From the NCBI GenBank assembly GCA_050952645.1, contig JBMNLI010000010.1:224001-288000 (forward strand): DNA of 64,000 nucleotides. Reading direction: 5' to 3'. Of this stretch, positions 20,119 to 31,700 are shown one piece after another. Position 1 is the first letter of the stretch. Each line of letters opens with the position of its first letter. The notes beneath the pieces are model-generated. The model worked only from the letters and a program-made list of their open reading frames with translations. It ran no database searches and was not told where the DNA came from. The DNA comes from Bdellovibrionota bacterium (GTDB lineage: Bacteria > Bdellovibrionota_C > UBA2361 > CAKMMH01). The translations under genes were made by a program, and so were the position numbers.

Positions 20119-21693
20119 TTAATCATCTATTTTGAATACTTTAAATCCGACATCTAAGTTTTTTGTAGTTAAGGGATTTTCTTTTTTAATTTTTATTCCA
20201 GCTCTTTTGATGCGTTCTTTACCTATTTCGCAAATATTTTTAAATCCTTGCGTGTAAGCTTTACTTTTTTCGTCGCATTTTTCTGGGATTTGCACCATTA
20301 TAAATTTTCTATTTCCTTTATCTTTAGCGTTTAGTTCCATTGTAGCGTGTGCGGTAGTAGCTGAGCCTGAGAAGAAGTCGAGAACAGCACTATTTTTGCA
20401 ATTATATGTAGCCATATTTATTAAGTATGATATTAAGGAGATGGGTTTCGAGTAATCGAAGGGAACTCCTAAACTTTTCATTTCTTCGTTAGCGTCTGTA
20501 TTACATTTTACGCCGCATTCTTCGCTATTTATGATATCTGATGGTGCTATAAATTTATTTTCGTTATCTATATCTGTGTAGACTGTGGTGATATTTTTTT
20601 TAATCTCGAAAGTTTTCCCACTTTTTATGTATTGGTTAATTTTTTCTTGTCCCCAAGCTGAGTTTGCTATTATTCGCACTTGGTGTTTATTTAGGCCGTT
20701 TTCGCATATGATATCGTCTAGGAGTTCTACATTGTAGGTTCCGCCGTAGTATCCTTTTAGAAAATCTTTTTTTATTCTTATAGAGTTTTTAGCAAAAGTG
20801 AGTTCTTGTTTTTTATTTGGCAAGTGCCATAGTGGTGCTTGTTTATTGTATGAGGCTTTACCGTAGAGCTGTATTTTTATTTTATTATAGTATGCTAGGA
20901 TGTATTCGTATTTAGTGCGAACGCTTCCTGAGAGGCCTGGAGCTTTTTTTACTCTATTCCATTTAAATGTTGCTATAAATGAGTTAGCGCCGAAGATTTC
21001 GTCGCATATTTTTCTTAAGTTTGCCACTTCGTTATCGTCGATGCTTATAAATATTACTCCGTCATCGGTTAGTAATTTTTTTGCTAGGATTAGTCTAGGG
21101 GTTATCATTGAGCACCAGTTTGAGTGGTATCTTCCATCTAGGGTAGTATTTTCGTTATCGGCAAAATTTTTTATATAATCTTTTTTTGACTGAGTAAAGT
21201 TATCGTTATAGAGAAAATCGTTTCCTGTATTATATGGTGGGTCGATATAGATTACTTTTATTTTTCCTTTATAATTATTTTGCAATATTTTTAGTGCGTC
21301 TAGGTTATCGCCTTCGATGTATAAGTTTTCTGTGGCATTCCAATTTAAGCTTTCTTCTTTTTTAGGAATTAGTTTTTTTGTTGTTTTAGTATTTGCTTTT
21401 AAGATTGACGCTTTTTTCCCTACCCAATTAAAAGAATAGCTTTCGGTTTCTTTTTTAGTTTCATTTTTATTTTCATTTTTAGTTTCTTTAGCTAAATCAT
21501 TTAGAATCATTAGCTTTAGTGTTTCAAGTTCTACAACCTTTACCACCTTTCCATTTTTATCTTTTATCTCCGCTACAAAGCCAGCACAATCTGCAAAGCC
21601 AGTGCAATCTGCAAAGCCATCTAATGGCAAGGCAGTTAGTTTGTTAGAAGGCAAGGAACGCAGATTGTTTAGGTTAGGAGTTTTAGTTGTCAT
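20119..21693 (-). CDS. mod: Type III R-M Mod-like adenine DNA methyltransferase (true start may be downstream)
   Basis: NLYIEGDNLDALK, IYIDPPYNTG, FISIDDNE, LDFFSGSATTAHA, DVGFKVFK. Confidence 0.9.
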   Translation of the reverse strand: MTTKTPNLNNLRSLPSNKLTALPLDGFADCTGFADCAGFVAEIKDKNGKVVKVVELETLKLMILNDLAKETKNENKNETKKETESYSFNWVGKKASILKANTKTTKKLIPKKEESLNWNATENLYIEGDNLDALKILQNNYKGKIKVIYIDPPYNTGNDFLYNDNFTQSKKDYIKNFADNENTTLDGRYHSNWCSMITPRLILAKKLLTDDGVIFISIDDNEVANLRKICDEIFGANSFIATFKWNRVKKAPGLSGSVRTKYEYILAYYNKIKIQLYGKASYNKQAPLWHLPNKKQELTFAKNSIRIKKDFLKGYYGGTYNVELLDDIICENGLNKHQVRIIANSAWGQEKINQYIKSGKTFEIKKNITTVYTDIDNENKFIAPSDIINSEECGVKCNTDANEEMKSLGVPFDYSKPISLISYLINMATYNCKNSAVLDFFSGSATTAHATMELNAKDKGNRKFIMVQIPEKCDEKSKAYTQGFKNICEIGKERIKRAGIKIKKENPLTTKNLDVGFKVFKIDD

Positions 21694-21762
21694 AGGGGGG
21701 CTTCCTTTTTTTTTATAAAAACATTTTTTTTATTTATATTTAACATTTCTTTTTTATATACC

Positions 21763-23355
21763 TTATTTGCTTTGAAGTTCCTTAAAAATTCTTCTTAATT
21801 GCAAAATTGACTCTTTTAAATCATCTCTTGAATATTCTCTTTCAGAATTATTCTTCTTCATCTTATCTTCTGGGTGATGCATAATATTTCTAATGTAAGT
21901 AGGTAAAGTAGCAAGATAAGGGTTCTTCCCAGATTTTTTATATTTAGGCAACCCTTTTTCTTTCAACCAATTATCAAAATCTCTTATTGTCATATCACCT
22001 GCCTTAACATTCAACGCCCCATACAACTCATTATGATATTCTTCGCTTATTTCATCGAATGCTAAAAAATTAACTTCGTTTAATGATGGATACGCAAGAC
22101 TACCTTTTTCAACTTTTGAAATTCTCTCTTTGCCATCTTCTTTTTTATTTACGATTCTTATATTTGAAAAATCTAGCTGTTTTGCACCATCTTTAGCGGT
22201 TTTTTCTTTATCTAGTTTATCTAGCTGTTTTACTATAAAAGCACTATGAGTAGTTAATATCACTTGAATATTTTCATTGTCTGATAAACTCTTTAAAGCA
22301 TCTATTAAAATTTTTTGATTATTTGTATGTTGTGATGTTTCAGGTTCTTCTATGGCATATATAACGCCATTTTTTGTTTTTTTATTTTCTTGTGCTTGCC
22401 TTTCTGCCTCTGCTCTAAAGAAACTTAATAAAATAAGTCTTTTTACACCACTTCCTCTTTTATTAATTGGAATATTATCTCCAAAAATAGAAACTGATTT
22501 AAATACACTACTCCAAGCAAGTTTGTCTGTTGGTGGTATCACAGGCTTTAATTCTTCAGCTATTTTTTTATCAAAATCTTCTAACTTTTTTGATGTCCTA
22601 CTAGATACGTCTTCTAATCGCTCTTTAACTTCTTTAGCAATCTCATCTAATTTATTTATAATATTATCTTCTTTAAAAATCATATTTACCGCATTTTTTA
22701 ACGGATCTTGCACTTCTGAATCGCTATCGGTATTTTGTCTATCAGATTTAAATAATGAATACGCTGGTAAGCAAGCATTTATTTTTTCCCATATCTGTTT
22801 TGCGTCTTCCTTAGATACATCTATTTCTTTAATATCTAATTTAAGATCATCTTCATAATGCTTCCAAATGGCTTCACGCATCACGGAGTTAACTGACCGA
22901 TCTGAACAATCAATATTGTTATCTTCAATAATTTTTTTTAACTCATTTTGTTTTTTTAATAATAAGTCCGAACAATTAGGATTAGTAGGGTGATTGGCTC
23001 TAATCCAAATTTTCGGAGTACCTGCGTTTTTATATCTTTTAATTATCTCTAAAGATTTATCGTCATTTAACAAATACTCTTTTTCTAAAGGTACCGTTTC
23101 AATCGTCCCCTTCAAAACACTTACTTTCTTATCGTTTATATTATCTCTCAAAACTAAAAGCGCTTCGTCATATGGGTCAACACAAACTATTTCTTTACAA
23201 AATGGCAAAATCCTTTGTGTAAATCTCCCAGTTCCAGCTCCTACTTCAAGCACCTTTTTATCATGAAAGTCTATCCCAAGCTCAGCTAAAACTTGCATCT
23301 CTTTGTTTTTAGGGTCGTAGCACTTCGCCCATTTATCATATATAGTACAATCCAT
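21763..23355 (-). CDS. Chimeric protein: class I SAM-methyltransferase N-terminus fused to an ABC-type (AAA_15/21-like) ATPase C-half with HEPN-like tail
   Basis: VLEVGAGTGRFT (SAM motif I); RGSGVKRL signature, IYAIEEPE Walker B, ILTTHS; YIRNIMHH (Rx4H); no Walker A. Confidence 0.75.
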   Translation of the reverse strand: MDCTIYDKWAKCYDPKNKEMQVLAELGIDFHDKKVLEVGAGTGRFTQRILPFCKEIVCVDPYDEALLVLRDNINDKKVSVLKGTIETVPLEKEYLLNDDKSLEIIKRYKNAGTPKIWIRANHPTNPNCSDLLLKKQNELKKIIEDNNIDCSDRSVNSVMREAIWKHYEDDLKLDIKEIDVSKEDAKQIWEKINACLPAYSLFKSDRQNTDSDSEVQDPLKNAVNMIFKEDNIINKLDEIAKEVKERLEDVSSRTSKKLEDFDKKIAEELKPVIPPTDKLAWSSVFKSVSIFGDNIPINKRGSGVKRLILLSFFRAEAERQAQENKKTKNGVIYAIEEPETSQHTNNQKILIDALKSLSDNENIQVILTTHSAFIVKQLDKLDKEKTAKDGAKQLDFSNIRIVNKKEDGKERISKVEKGSLAYPSLNEVNFLAFDEISEEYHNELYGALNVKAGDMTIRDFDNWLKEKGLPKYKKSGKNPYLATLPTYIRNIMHHPEDKMKKNNSEREYSRDDLKESILQLRRIFKELQSK

Positions 23356-23468
23356 ACCTGCTTAACCGTTTTAAATGTTTAGAATATAACGATTGTACAC
23401 CATTAGTGACCATTTTCGCCATTATCCTTATACCTCCCCCCTCCTCTCCTTAAAGCTTTCTTCTTAAA

Positions 23469-24300
23469 TCACAAAAACTTTAGTGCATCCTTAATCTTAT
23501 AACTATGCCTTTTTCTTTTACTAAAATAATTCACTTCTTCATAGCCTATGCTTAAAAGCTTTTCATAAGCCTCTTTAAATCCAGCTCCCACTCTATCTGG
23601 GGAATGAGCATCTGATGATACTACTACTGGAATTCCTCTCTCATACGCCATCTTTATTATAAAATCATCTGGATATAAAGAAGGAGGCGTAAATAAAAGC
23701 CCTGCCGTATTGACCTCCATGCATATCCCTTCACTCTGTATAGCATCTAAAAGTTCTTCTATCTCTTTTTCTAATAGCTCAGGTCTCCAATATTTATAAG
23801 GAATATGATACTTAATATAATCTAAATGGGCTATACAATCGAAAAGCCCACTAAGCGCACTATCAATTACATCTCTAAAAATCTTTTTTAACGTTTCTAA
23901 AATGTCCCCCTTGTAATAAATATTATCCCATAAATACTGCTTTGTAGCATGCACGCTCCCTAAAATATATATCATATGGTGCATAATTTATTATGCTTCT
24001 TAAATAATCCATGTCTTGATTATTATGCACAAAGTCTACCTCTACTCCTAACCTAATATCTAATGCATCGCCTATATATTCTTTAGTAAATTTTATTAGT
24101 GAAAAATATGAGTCAAAGATTCTTTCAGGAATCGTCCAAAAATCTTGCACCCAAGGATACTTCACTACTGGTGCATGGTCTGTAAAACAAATACCTTTAA
24201 AATTTTTCTCTATCGCTACTTTTGCATAATCTACAGGCCAGCCAGTAGAATGCATAGAAAGCGGCGTGTGCATATGTGAGTCGTATATTACTTTTTCCAT
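23469..24300 (-). CDS. PHP-family histidinol phosphatase (HisJ/HisK-like), split by one frameshift
   Basis: DSHMHT, FTDHAP, LGVEVD, LGSVH, IAHLD, MEVNTAG, SSDAHSP across two overlapping ORFs. Confidence 0.85.
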
Positions 24301-24510
24301 AAACTTATATCTTTACCTTATATCTTTAAGTTATATCTTTAATTAATATCTTTAATTAATATCTCTTAATATCTTAAGTGATATCTTAAGTCTAATTAAA
24401 ATTTAAAACATCATCACCTATAAATCGTTAAAAACAAATTATTTAAAATAGATTATTAGCACAGCTAAAATTTCTAATAAACGCTTATTAAAAAAAAATT
24501 AGAAACTTTT

Positions 24511-25039
24511 TTAAACCCAAAATACTCTATCTTCTTTTCTCTCTTGTCTAGCAGGTTTTTCTCCGTCTATATATCCTAAAACGCAATTTCCCACTCCCTC
24601 GTATTCTTCACTAATGCCTAGAGCCTTTAAAAACTCCTTTCCCGCTTTCGTTTCAAAACTTTCCTTTGCTCTATGTATCCAACAACTACCAATATTTAAA
24701 CTATCGGCTGCTAACATTAAATTTCCCATCACTAAGCTTCCATTATACCCTTTAGTCAAAGCATTTTTTTATCTAAAACCACAAGAACTACTGGGGCTCC
24801 ATAAAAAGGATCAAACCCATCAGGGAAGCCTCCAACTTTACCATTAAGTTTTGAAAGCGCATCACGTTTTTCTTTGTCAACTACTGCGATTATATCGATG
24901 ATTGTTCACCATGCCCACTAGGAGCATAAAGCCCAGCGGTTATTATTTTGTCTAATATTTCTTTTTGAAGCATCTCGGATTTATATTTACGAACACTTCT
25001 TCTTTCTATAAGTGCTTTAATTATATTATTGTTTTCCAT
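24511..25039 (-). CDS. Nitroreductase family protein, frameshifted
   Basis: 5' part reads MENNIIKALIERRSVRKYK..AGLYAPSG; 3' part GSLVMGNLMLAADSLNIGSCWI. Confidence 0.8.
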
Positions 25040-25107
25040 ATCAATTTCTTTTCATTCTAAAAAAAATAAAATCAAAATTTATAAATATACTATTTAAGTA
25101 TATCTTA

Positions 25108-26912
25108 TTATATTTTTCTAAATACCACTACTAATATAAAAGGTAGTGAGCAAAAAACGGCGTAATTATAACGAAACTCAGCAAAAACTGGCGTTGGCAA
25201 GTAAAAGTGAGCCTACTACCATAATAAGGGGAATGCAAAGCATCGCACCGAGATTATCTTTTCTTATTATCGCAAAAAATAATGATATTAGCAAAAGCCA
25301 ATTAAAAAAACCGATAGAGATTAAAGGTTGTAATAGTGGAAATTTTTCAAAACTCTTTAGATAATTATTAAATTTTGCTTCAAACCATTTAGAGTTTACG
25401 GTTTTTTTAATTCCTAAATCGTTTTTCTCTACACTCCCCCACCACTTCCAATAATGATAGCCCGAATTTAGGTAGCCTCTAGTTTGGTCTATCCAACCTT
25501 TAAAGTAAGATAAGGGGTGTTTTAAAAAGCGTGAAATATAAAACTTTAAAAACTCTGCTTTGTGATTCTTTATATAATTTTGATTTCCTTTTTTGTGAAT
25601 CATTACTTTAGTTTTACTAAATATGTAAGGTATATATTCGCTAGGCACTTTTTCTACATCTATAACGTTGCTTAAAAGTGCTATCTCATCTTTACTTAAG
25701 TCCCGATTGTCTTTTATATCTCTTGCTATCTGCTGGGCTGGAATGGCTATCGCTTCTATAAGTGCTGGCTGTTTAACGTTTAAAAATTTTAACACGGGAT
25801 ATTTTAAAATATAACTACTACACAATATAAAAATCATTAGAAAGATATTTTTTTATTTTTTATCTTCCACAAAATAAAAAAGAAAATCGTTGTAAAAAAG
25901 AAAATCGTTGTAAAGAAAAATGCGAAAAGCCCGTTGCTTCTAAAAAGGCAAAATCCAAACCCCGATAAAACAAAACCTATATAATTTAAAGATTGAAATT
26001 TTAAAATTTTTTATTATCCTAAAAAAGAATACTATAAAAAGTAAGACTAAAGCACCAAAGAGGACATCTTTCCACATCGTAAAGCTATACATAATATTAT
26101 AAGGCATAAGTAGGAAAAATACACAAACTAGCACTAAAATCCATTTAGGCGCGCGAATTCCAGAAAGCGTAGCGAGAGTAAAAGCAAAAGAAAACGCCAT
26201 AAATAACACTGAAAATACCGAGTAGACGCATACCGCTTTATTTATATCATTAAAAAAAGAAAGCCCCTGGAGTGATGAAAACTTTTATTATCATCGTATG
26301 GTAGAACGGATGGTGGTTTGTGTAGTAGCCTTTAAGGATTTGTCCTAATTGGTCTATGCTATCTAGTGAAAGATTCCCTGGGAATTCACATAAGAAAAGT
26401 ATCGATAAATTTAAGATTACCATACTTAAAAAAGAAATTAAGAAAACTTTTAAAGGCTTTGCTACATTTTCCGACTTATCCCAAAATATCTTTTCTTTAT
26501 AAAAAACCATCACTAGAAAAATATTTTTAAAAGCGAAAAATAAGCCTAAGAAAATAAGTAGCATTACAAGATTTTTATTTAACACGATTTCAGTAAATAG
26601 CTTATAATTTGAAAATGTAATCATTAATGAAAAGAGAATTGAAAAGATATTTATAATTATATTTTCAAATTTAGAAAAATTAGAAATGTGCAAAAAGTTT
26701 TTACTGTTTTTTATATAAAGGCATATAAATGATGCGATAAGCTATTAAAAAATAAGGCATAAAATAAGCATCTGATAGAGTTAGAATAGAAAAACTTCCT
26801 AACATACTTATCGTTTCAAAAATTATTTTCACTAGATTTTTATTAGACCTTTGATTCGTCTTTTGATTTACCTTTGATTTACCTTTTTATTTACTCTTTG
26901 ATTTACTTGCAT
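25108..26912 (-). pseudogene. DUF6020-like multi-TM membrane protein (possible GT-C), broken by several frameshifts
   Basis: Fragments PGNLSLDSIDQL..TNHHPFYHT, TMWKDVLF, IPAQQIAR and PVFAEFRY are collinear; ends approximate. Confidence 0.65.
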
Positions 26913-27247
26913 AAAAAAGAACCTATTTAAAAAAATTTATTTTCTTTTTGTTTTTTGAAAATAACAAGCAAATTAATATTATGATGCAAACGCTATATAA
27001 AAGCAATTAAGGACATTTATTTTATACTTTTAAAATCGTTTAACTTACCTAAATTTACAAAATAAAATTAAAGCAAAAAATAATTTTTCTTAAAAATACG
27101 ATTTGTTGTATAATAAAAAGTTGTTGTTTAAAAGAGCTTTGCCTTTTTAAAAAGTTTTTAAAAGGTCTTAGCTTTTTTAAAGTTAGTGAAACACTGATTA
27201 ATGTCTAAAATTTCTAAAAACTGATATAAGAAGCTAATTTTTTCAAG

Positions 27248-28393
27248 ATGTTTAAAAAAACTCTTGGAATTATGCTATTAATCAGTGTTTCCTTAGGTTC
27301 AATAAATTCCATAAACCCCTTTGTGGGTAGAATAGGAAGAAAGATGTCGGGAATAAATTCTACAAGTCGTCTAGCGGAATGTGCCACGGCTATAATGCGG
27401 GCTTTAGCTAATCACCCTACTTTTAGTTCGCTGTTCGATGAAAACTTCAACCCAACCTCTAAATTGAAAAAACTTACAGGAAAGTATCTTCCAAGCATAA
27501 AACTTGGAGAAAATGATGAAAGGCTTGGGGCTGTTTTAGAAGTTAACGGAGAAACGCTTGACACTATTTTAGTGTCTCACAAGGAAATGCTTGACACCAT
27601 TGACGGCATCAATGATATTTGGCAAGCTGTCTACAAACTAGGTCAAGGGCAATATCGATATGAAATAGCTAAAAGCGGAAACTGCACCTTTGAAGATGAA
27701 GATCTAAATGAGCTTCTCAAACTCACACTAGCAAAACAGCCATTCCTAGCTGAGATGCAAGGTGCTACAGTGTTGGCTTTAGGTTGCACAGTTAATGGCT
27801 TTGCAAGTCGCGTCTCCTTTCTCTTTAATGAGTTAGTAGAACAAGATGAAACCATTAAAGATCTCGTGCTATTAGCGGGGAATAGAAGTTTAGGCGAAAA
27901 AGAGTACGAACTCTTACGAGAACATTTCCCTAAAATTCATAAGAGCTCCACGACAGAGACTCAGGCGTTATGGGAAATAATAAGCGACGTAGACAACGTA
28001 AGAAGCTTGCTTAGATACTGTGGAAACAGCAAAGAAAGAGTCGAAGCTTGTCTAGAAATTTACGAGTCTCTTAAACATAATGGCAATATTCGTTTAGCCG
28101 TTGACGAAAAATCCCCAAAGCCAACCACAGAAAGCACGATGGATAAATTCATCGAAGGCAGAAAAAATTTATCCGAAGAAAAGCTAGTCGGCGTTTCATC
28201 GGGTATATACGGAGGTAGCCAACTTTTAGGATTAATTCATCCATGCTTAAAAAACAGCGTGATGCCTAAAGGTTTTTACATTATATCTAATGGCGCTAGT
28301 AATGTTGAGACAAAACAGTTTCTTCACGACTTGGCTATTACAATATACAGAACCAGATGTATCCGCAATGAATTAGAACGCATCTGCTCCTAA
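27248..28393 (+). CDS. Exported hypothetical protein, YdcF/DUF218-like motifs
   Basis: Signal peptide; LGCT..RV, LLAGNRSL, TETQ, KPTTEST; GC visibly higher than neighbours. Confidence 0.6.
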   Translation: MFKKTLGIMLLISVSLGSINSINPFVGRIGRKMSGINSTSRLAECATAIMRALANHPTFSSLFDENFNPTSKLKKLTGKYLPSIKLGENDERLGAVLEVNGETLDTILVSHKEMLDTIDGINDIWQAVYKLGQGQYRYEIAKSGNCTFEDEDLNELLKLTLAKQPFLAEMQGATVLALGCTVNGFASRVSFLFNELVEQDETIKDLVLLAGNRSLGEKEYELLREHFPKIHKSSTTETQALWEIISDVDNVRSLLRYCGNSKERVEACLEIYESLKHNGNIRLAVDEKSPKPTTESTMDKFIEGRKNLSEEKLVGVSSGIYGGSQLLGLIHPCLKNSVMPKGFYIISNGASNVETKQFLHDLAITIYRTRCIRNELERICS

Positions 28394-28449
28394 ATTTTCT
28401 AGAAGGTTTTTTTAGCCTTTAGGAAAAGCTTGAGGCTTGCATTACATAA

Positions 28450-28525
28450 GGTTAGGGGGGAAAGGAGAGAGGAGAAAAAAAGATTTTAAAAATTTAAGTT
28501 TTTTCTTTCTTTCCCTCCCCTAACT
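28450..28525. terminator. Long purine/pyrimidine hairpin between convergent genes
   Basis: GGTTAGGGGGAAAGGAGAGAGGAG...TTTCTTTCTTTCCCTCCCCTAACT. Confidence 0.4.
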
Positions 28526-28768
28526 CTTGCTTACTAGTGCTAAGCTTTATCCTTTTTATTTATATTCTAAATCTTTCTTTCTTTTACGTATAACTCGCTT
28601 AAAATAATTTTTAAAAAAAGTTTAAAAACACTCATATAAATTATTAAAGTATCAGACGCAAAGCAAAGAAAAGCTTTAAGATTTTAATTATCAAAATTAA
28701 CTACTAATTTATTAACTACTAATTTATCTATTAATTCTTATTTAATTTTTTCTTAAAAATAAATGATT

Positions 28769-31700
28769 TTAAGAAATTTTACAAACTTGAATAACCACAC
28801 TCCCCTCATTTACCTCTATAACATTTTCTCCTTCTACCACATCAAGCTTTTCTGTTAATGAAAGTGCTAACGTTTCAGACATAATCTTTTCTTTAAACTT
28901 ATCTACCGCTTCTTTTACTAGCTCTAAAGAAGATGATATCCCAACACTGATTTTTTGCTCTACTGCAAAACCACTATCCTTTCTTAATACTTGTAAATTT
29001 CTTATAATCTCTCTTACTATCCCCTCTAAAATTAAATCATGCGTTAAATAAGTGTTTAACGCCACATAGACACCATTTTCTTTGCCAGTTTTTATATTTT
29101 CTTTCTCACACGTAAGCTTAGTAAAAATTTCTTTTGAAAGCTCCTCTTTAAAGCCCTTTATAAACAAAGGCTTATCTTCGTTAAAATCCTTTACTAGCTT
29201 TTGCATATCTTCAAAAGTTAAACTACCTAATAAATCCTTTACCTTTTGAACATCTTTCTTTAAAACACTTCCTGCAACTTTAAAATTCAAAGTTAAATAC
29301 TCATCGACTAACGCACTCTCATCTCTTATAAACTCTATATCTTGAATATTAAGCTCCTCTAAAATTACAGACCTTTGACTATTTATAAAATCCTTATGTT
29401 CATTATTATCCGTTAAAATATATAGCTTACTTAGTGGCTGGCGAACCTTTAAATTAGCCTCATTTCTTACTCTTAAAGCTAGCGTGATAATATCTCTTAA
29501 AACTTTAGTATTATTTATGATTTCATCATTATCAAACTCGCTGTTTTCTTTTGGATACCCAAAAAGCAACACGGTTACTAAATCATTTTTTTCATATTTT
29601 TTTATAATATTTAAAAAGATATCTTCACACATAAACGGCACTATCGGAGCTAACACTCTAGTTATAGTTTTTATAACTTCAAACAAACAGTAATAGCCTA
29701 TTAGCTTATCTTCCGTATTAGATGATTTCCAAAATCTTCTCCTATTAATTCTTATATACCAATTAGAAACATCATCTATAAAAAACTCTAAATCTTTCAC
29801 CATCATATTAGATTGGTAATTGTCCATGTAATTCTTAGCATTTCTTATAAATTGATTGTTCCTAGCTAGAAGCCATAAATCGCTTACCGCAAACTTGCTT
29901 TTATCAATTTTAAAATTCTCTAAATCTGGCTTATCAAGCGAAGCATAAGTATCAAAAAATGTGCATATGTTATTAAACGACATTAATTTTCTTCTAGCCT
30001 CATCTAACAAGCCCCAACCAAACCTAATATCATTAGTGTAATTTGCCCCAGCATAAAGGTAGCGAATCGTATCGGAGCCTACCTTATCAGCAGCCTCATG
30101 AAACTTAATATTATCTTTACTAGTCTTAGAAAATTTAGAACCATCCTCTTTTACAAGAGCACTAAATCCTAACACTCTTTCATACGGCGCTTTGCCCTCT
30201 AAAACTACACTCATAAATAACAGTGAATAAAACCAAAGCCTAACCTGCTCTCTCATTTCAGTTATAAACTCTGCTGGAAAATACTTTTCCCACTCCTTTT
30301 TATTTGTAAAATATTCTTGCGTCGAAAAAGATACTATACCTGCATCGAGCCAAACATCTCCCGTATCTAACACTCTAGAAACCTCACTTTGACAATCTGG
30401 GCACAAAATATTTATTTTATCTATAAACGGTCTATGAAGCTCAGGAAGCTTGTCTACCATATCTTTATTTGTAGCTAGCGCTCTTAGCTCTTTTTTAGAA
30501 CCTATAACAGTTAATTTTCCACACTTATCACAAACGTAAAATGGAAGAGGTAGCCCGTAAAATCTTTTTCTTGAAATATTCCAATCTCCCATATTTGTAA
30601 GCCAATCTTGCATCCTTTTTCCTAAATATTCAGGCTCCCAATTAACCGTCTTTGAAGCATTTATTAAATCTTCCCTTATGTCATCTACCTTAATATACCA
30701 AGCATCTATAAGCCTAAAAATAATCTCCTCTTTGCATCTCCAACATATAGGATAAGGGTGAACTATTTCTTGAAGCTTATAAACCATATTCCTATTTTCT
30801 AAATCTTTAAAAATTATATCTCTTACATCCTTAACATTCTTTCCAGTTAAAAATCCAAACTTTTCTAAAAATATTCCGTTATCATCTACGGGCATTATCT
30901 TAGGAAGTCCAAGCTGCTCGCCTAGTTCAAAGTCTTCAGCACCACATCCAGGGGCGATATGCACAACGCCACTTCCCTCTTTTGCACTAACCTCATCCCA
31001 AGAAACTATTTTATGAACGAAGCCTTGCTGGGCTTCAAAATCTTCAAAACACGTAGTATATTCTTTTCCTATCAGCTCACTTCCTTTAAAAAATCTTACT
31101 ATCTCTACCCTATCATCACCTAAAACACCTAAAGCTTCTTTACCTAAAATTATATGCTCATTATCAGATTTTACCTTCACCTCGCAATAATCATTGTTTG
31201 GATTTACAGCAAGAGCCACATTGCTAGAAAGCGTCCAAGGAGTCGTAGTCCAAACTATAATCTTTTTGCTTTCTCCTTTTATAGGAAGTTTTAAAAATAT
31301 CGATGTGTGTACTACGTCCTTATATGAACCCGTCATCTCATGCTCCGATAGCGATGTTCCGCATCTTGGGCACCACATCATCGGACGATACGACTTGTCT
31401 ATCATTCCTTTTTCATTACATACTTTTAAAAAATGCCAAATAGCCTCTATGTTATAATCTTTGCCAGTATAATAAGAGTCGTCCCAATCGGCCCATTGAC
31501 CTAAGCGCTTAGATTGCTCGGTAATTATTGAAGTGTATTTTTCTACTCTTTCATTGCATCTTTTAGTAAACTCTTCTAACCCATAGTCCTCAATATCCTT
31601 CTTAGTTTTAAAGCCTAACTCTTTTTCTACTTCCACCTCTATCCAAAGCCCTTGAGTATCAAATCCATTTCTAAAACGAACATCATACCCATTCATCCAT

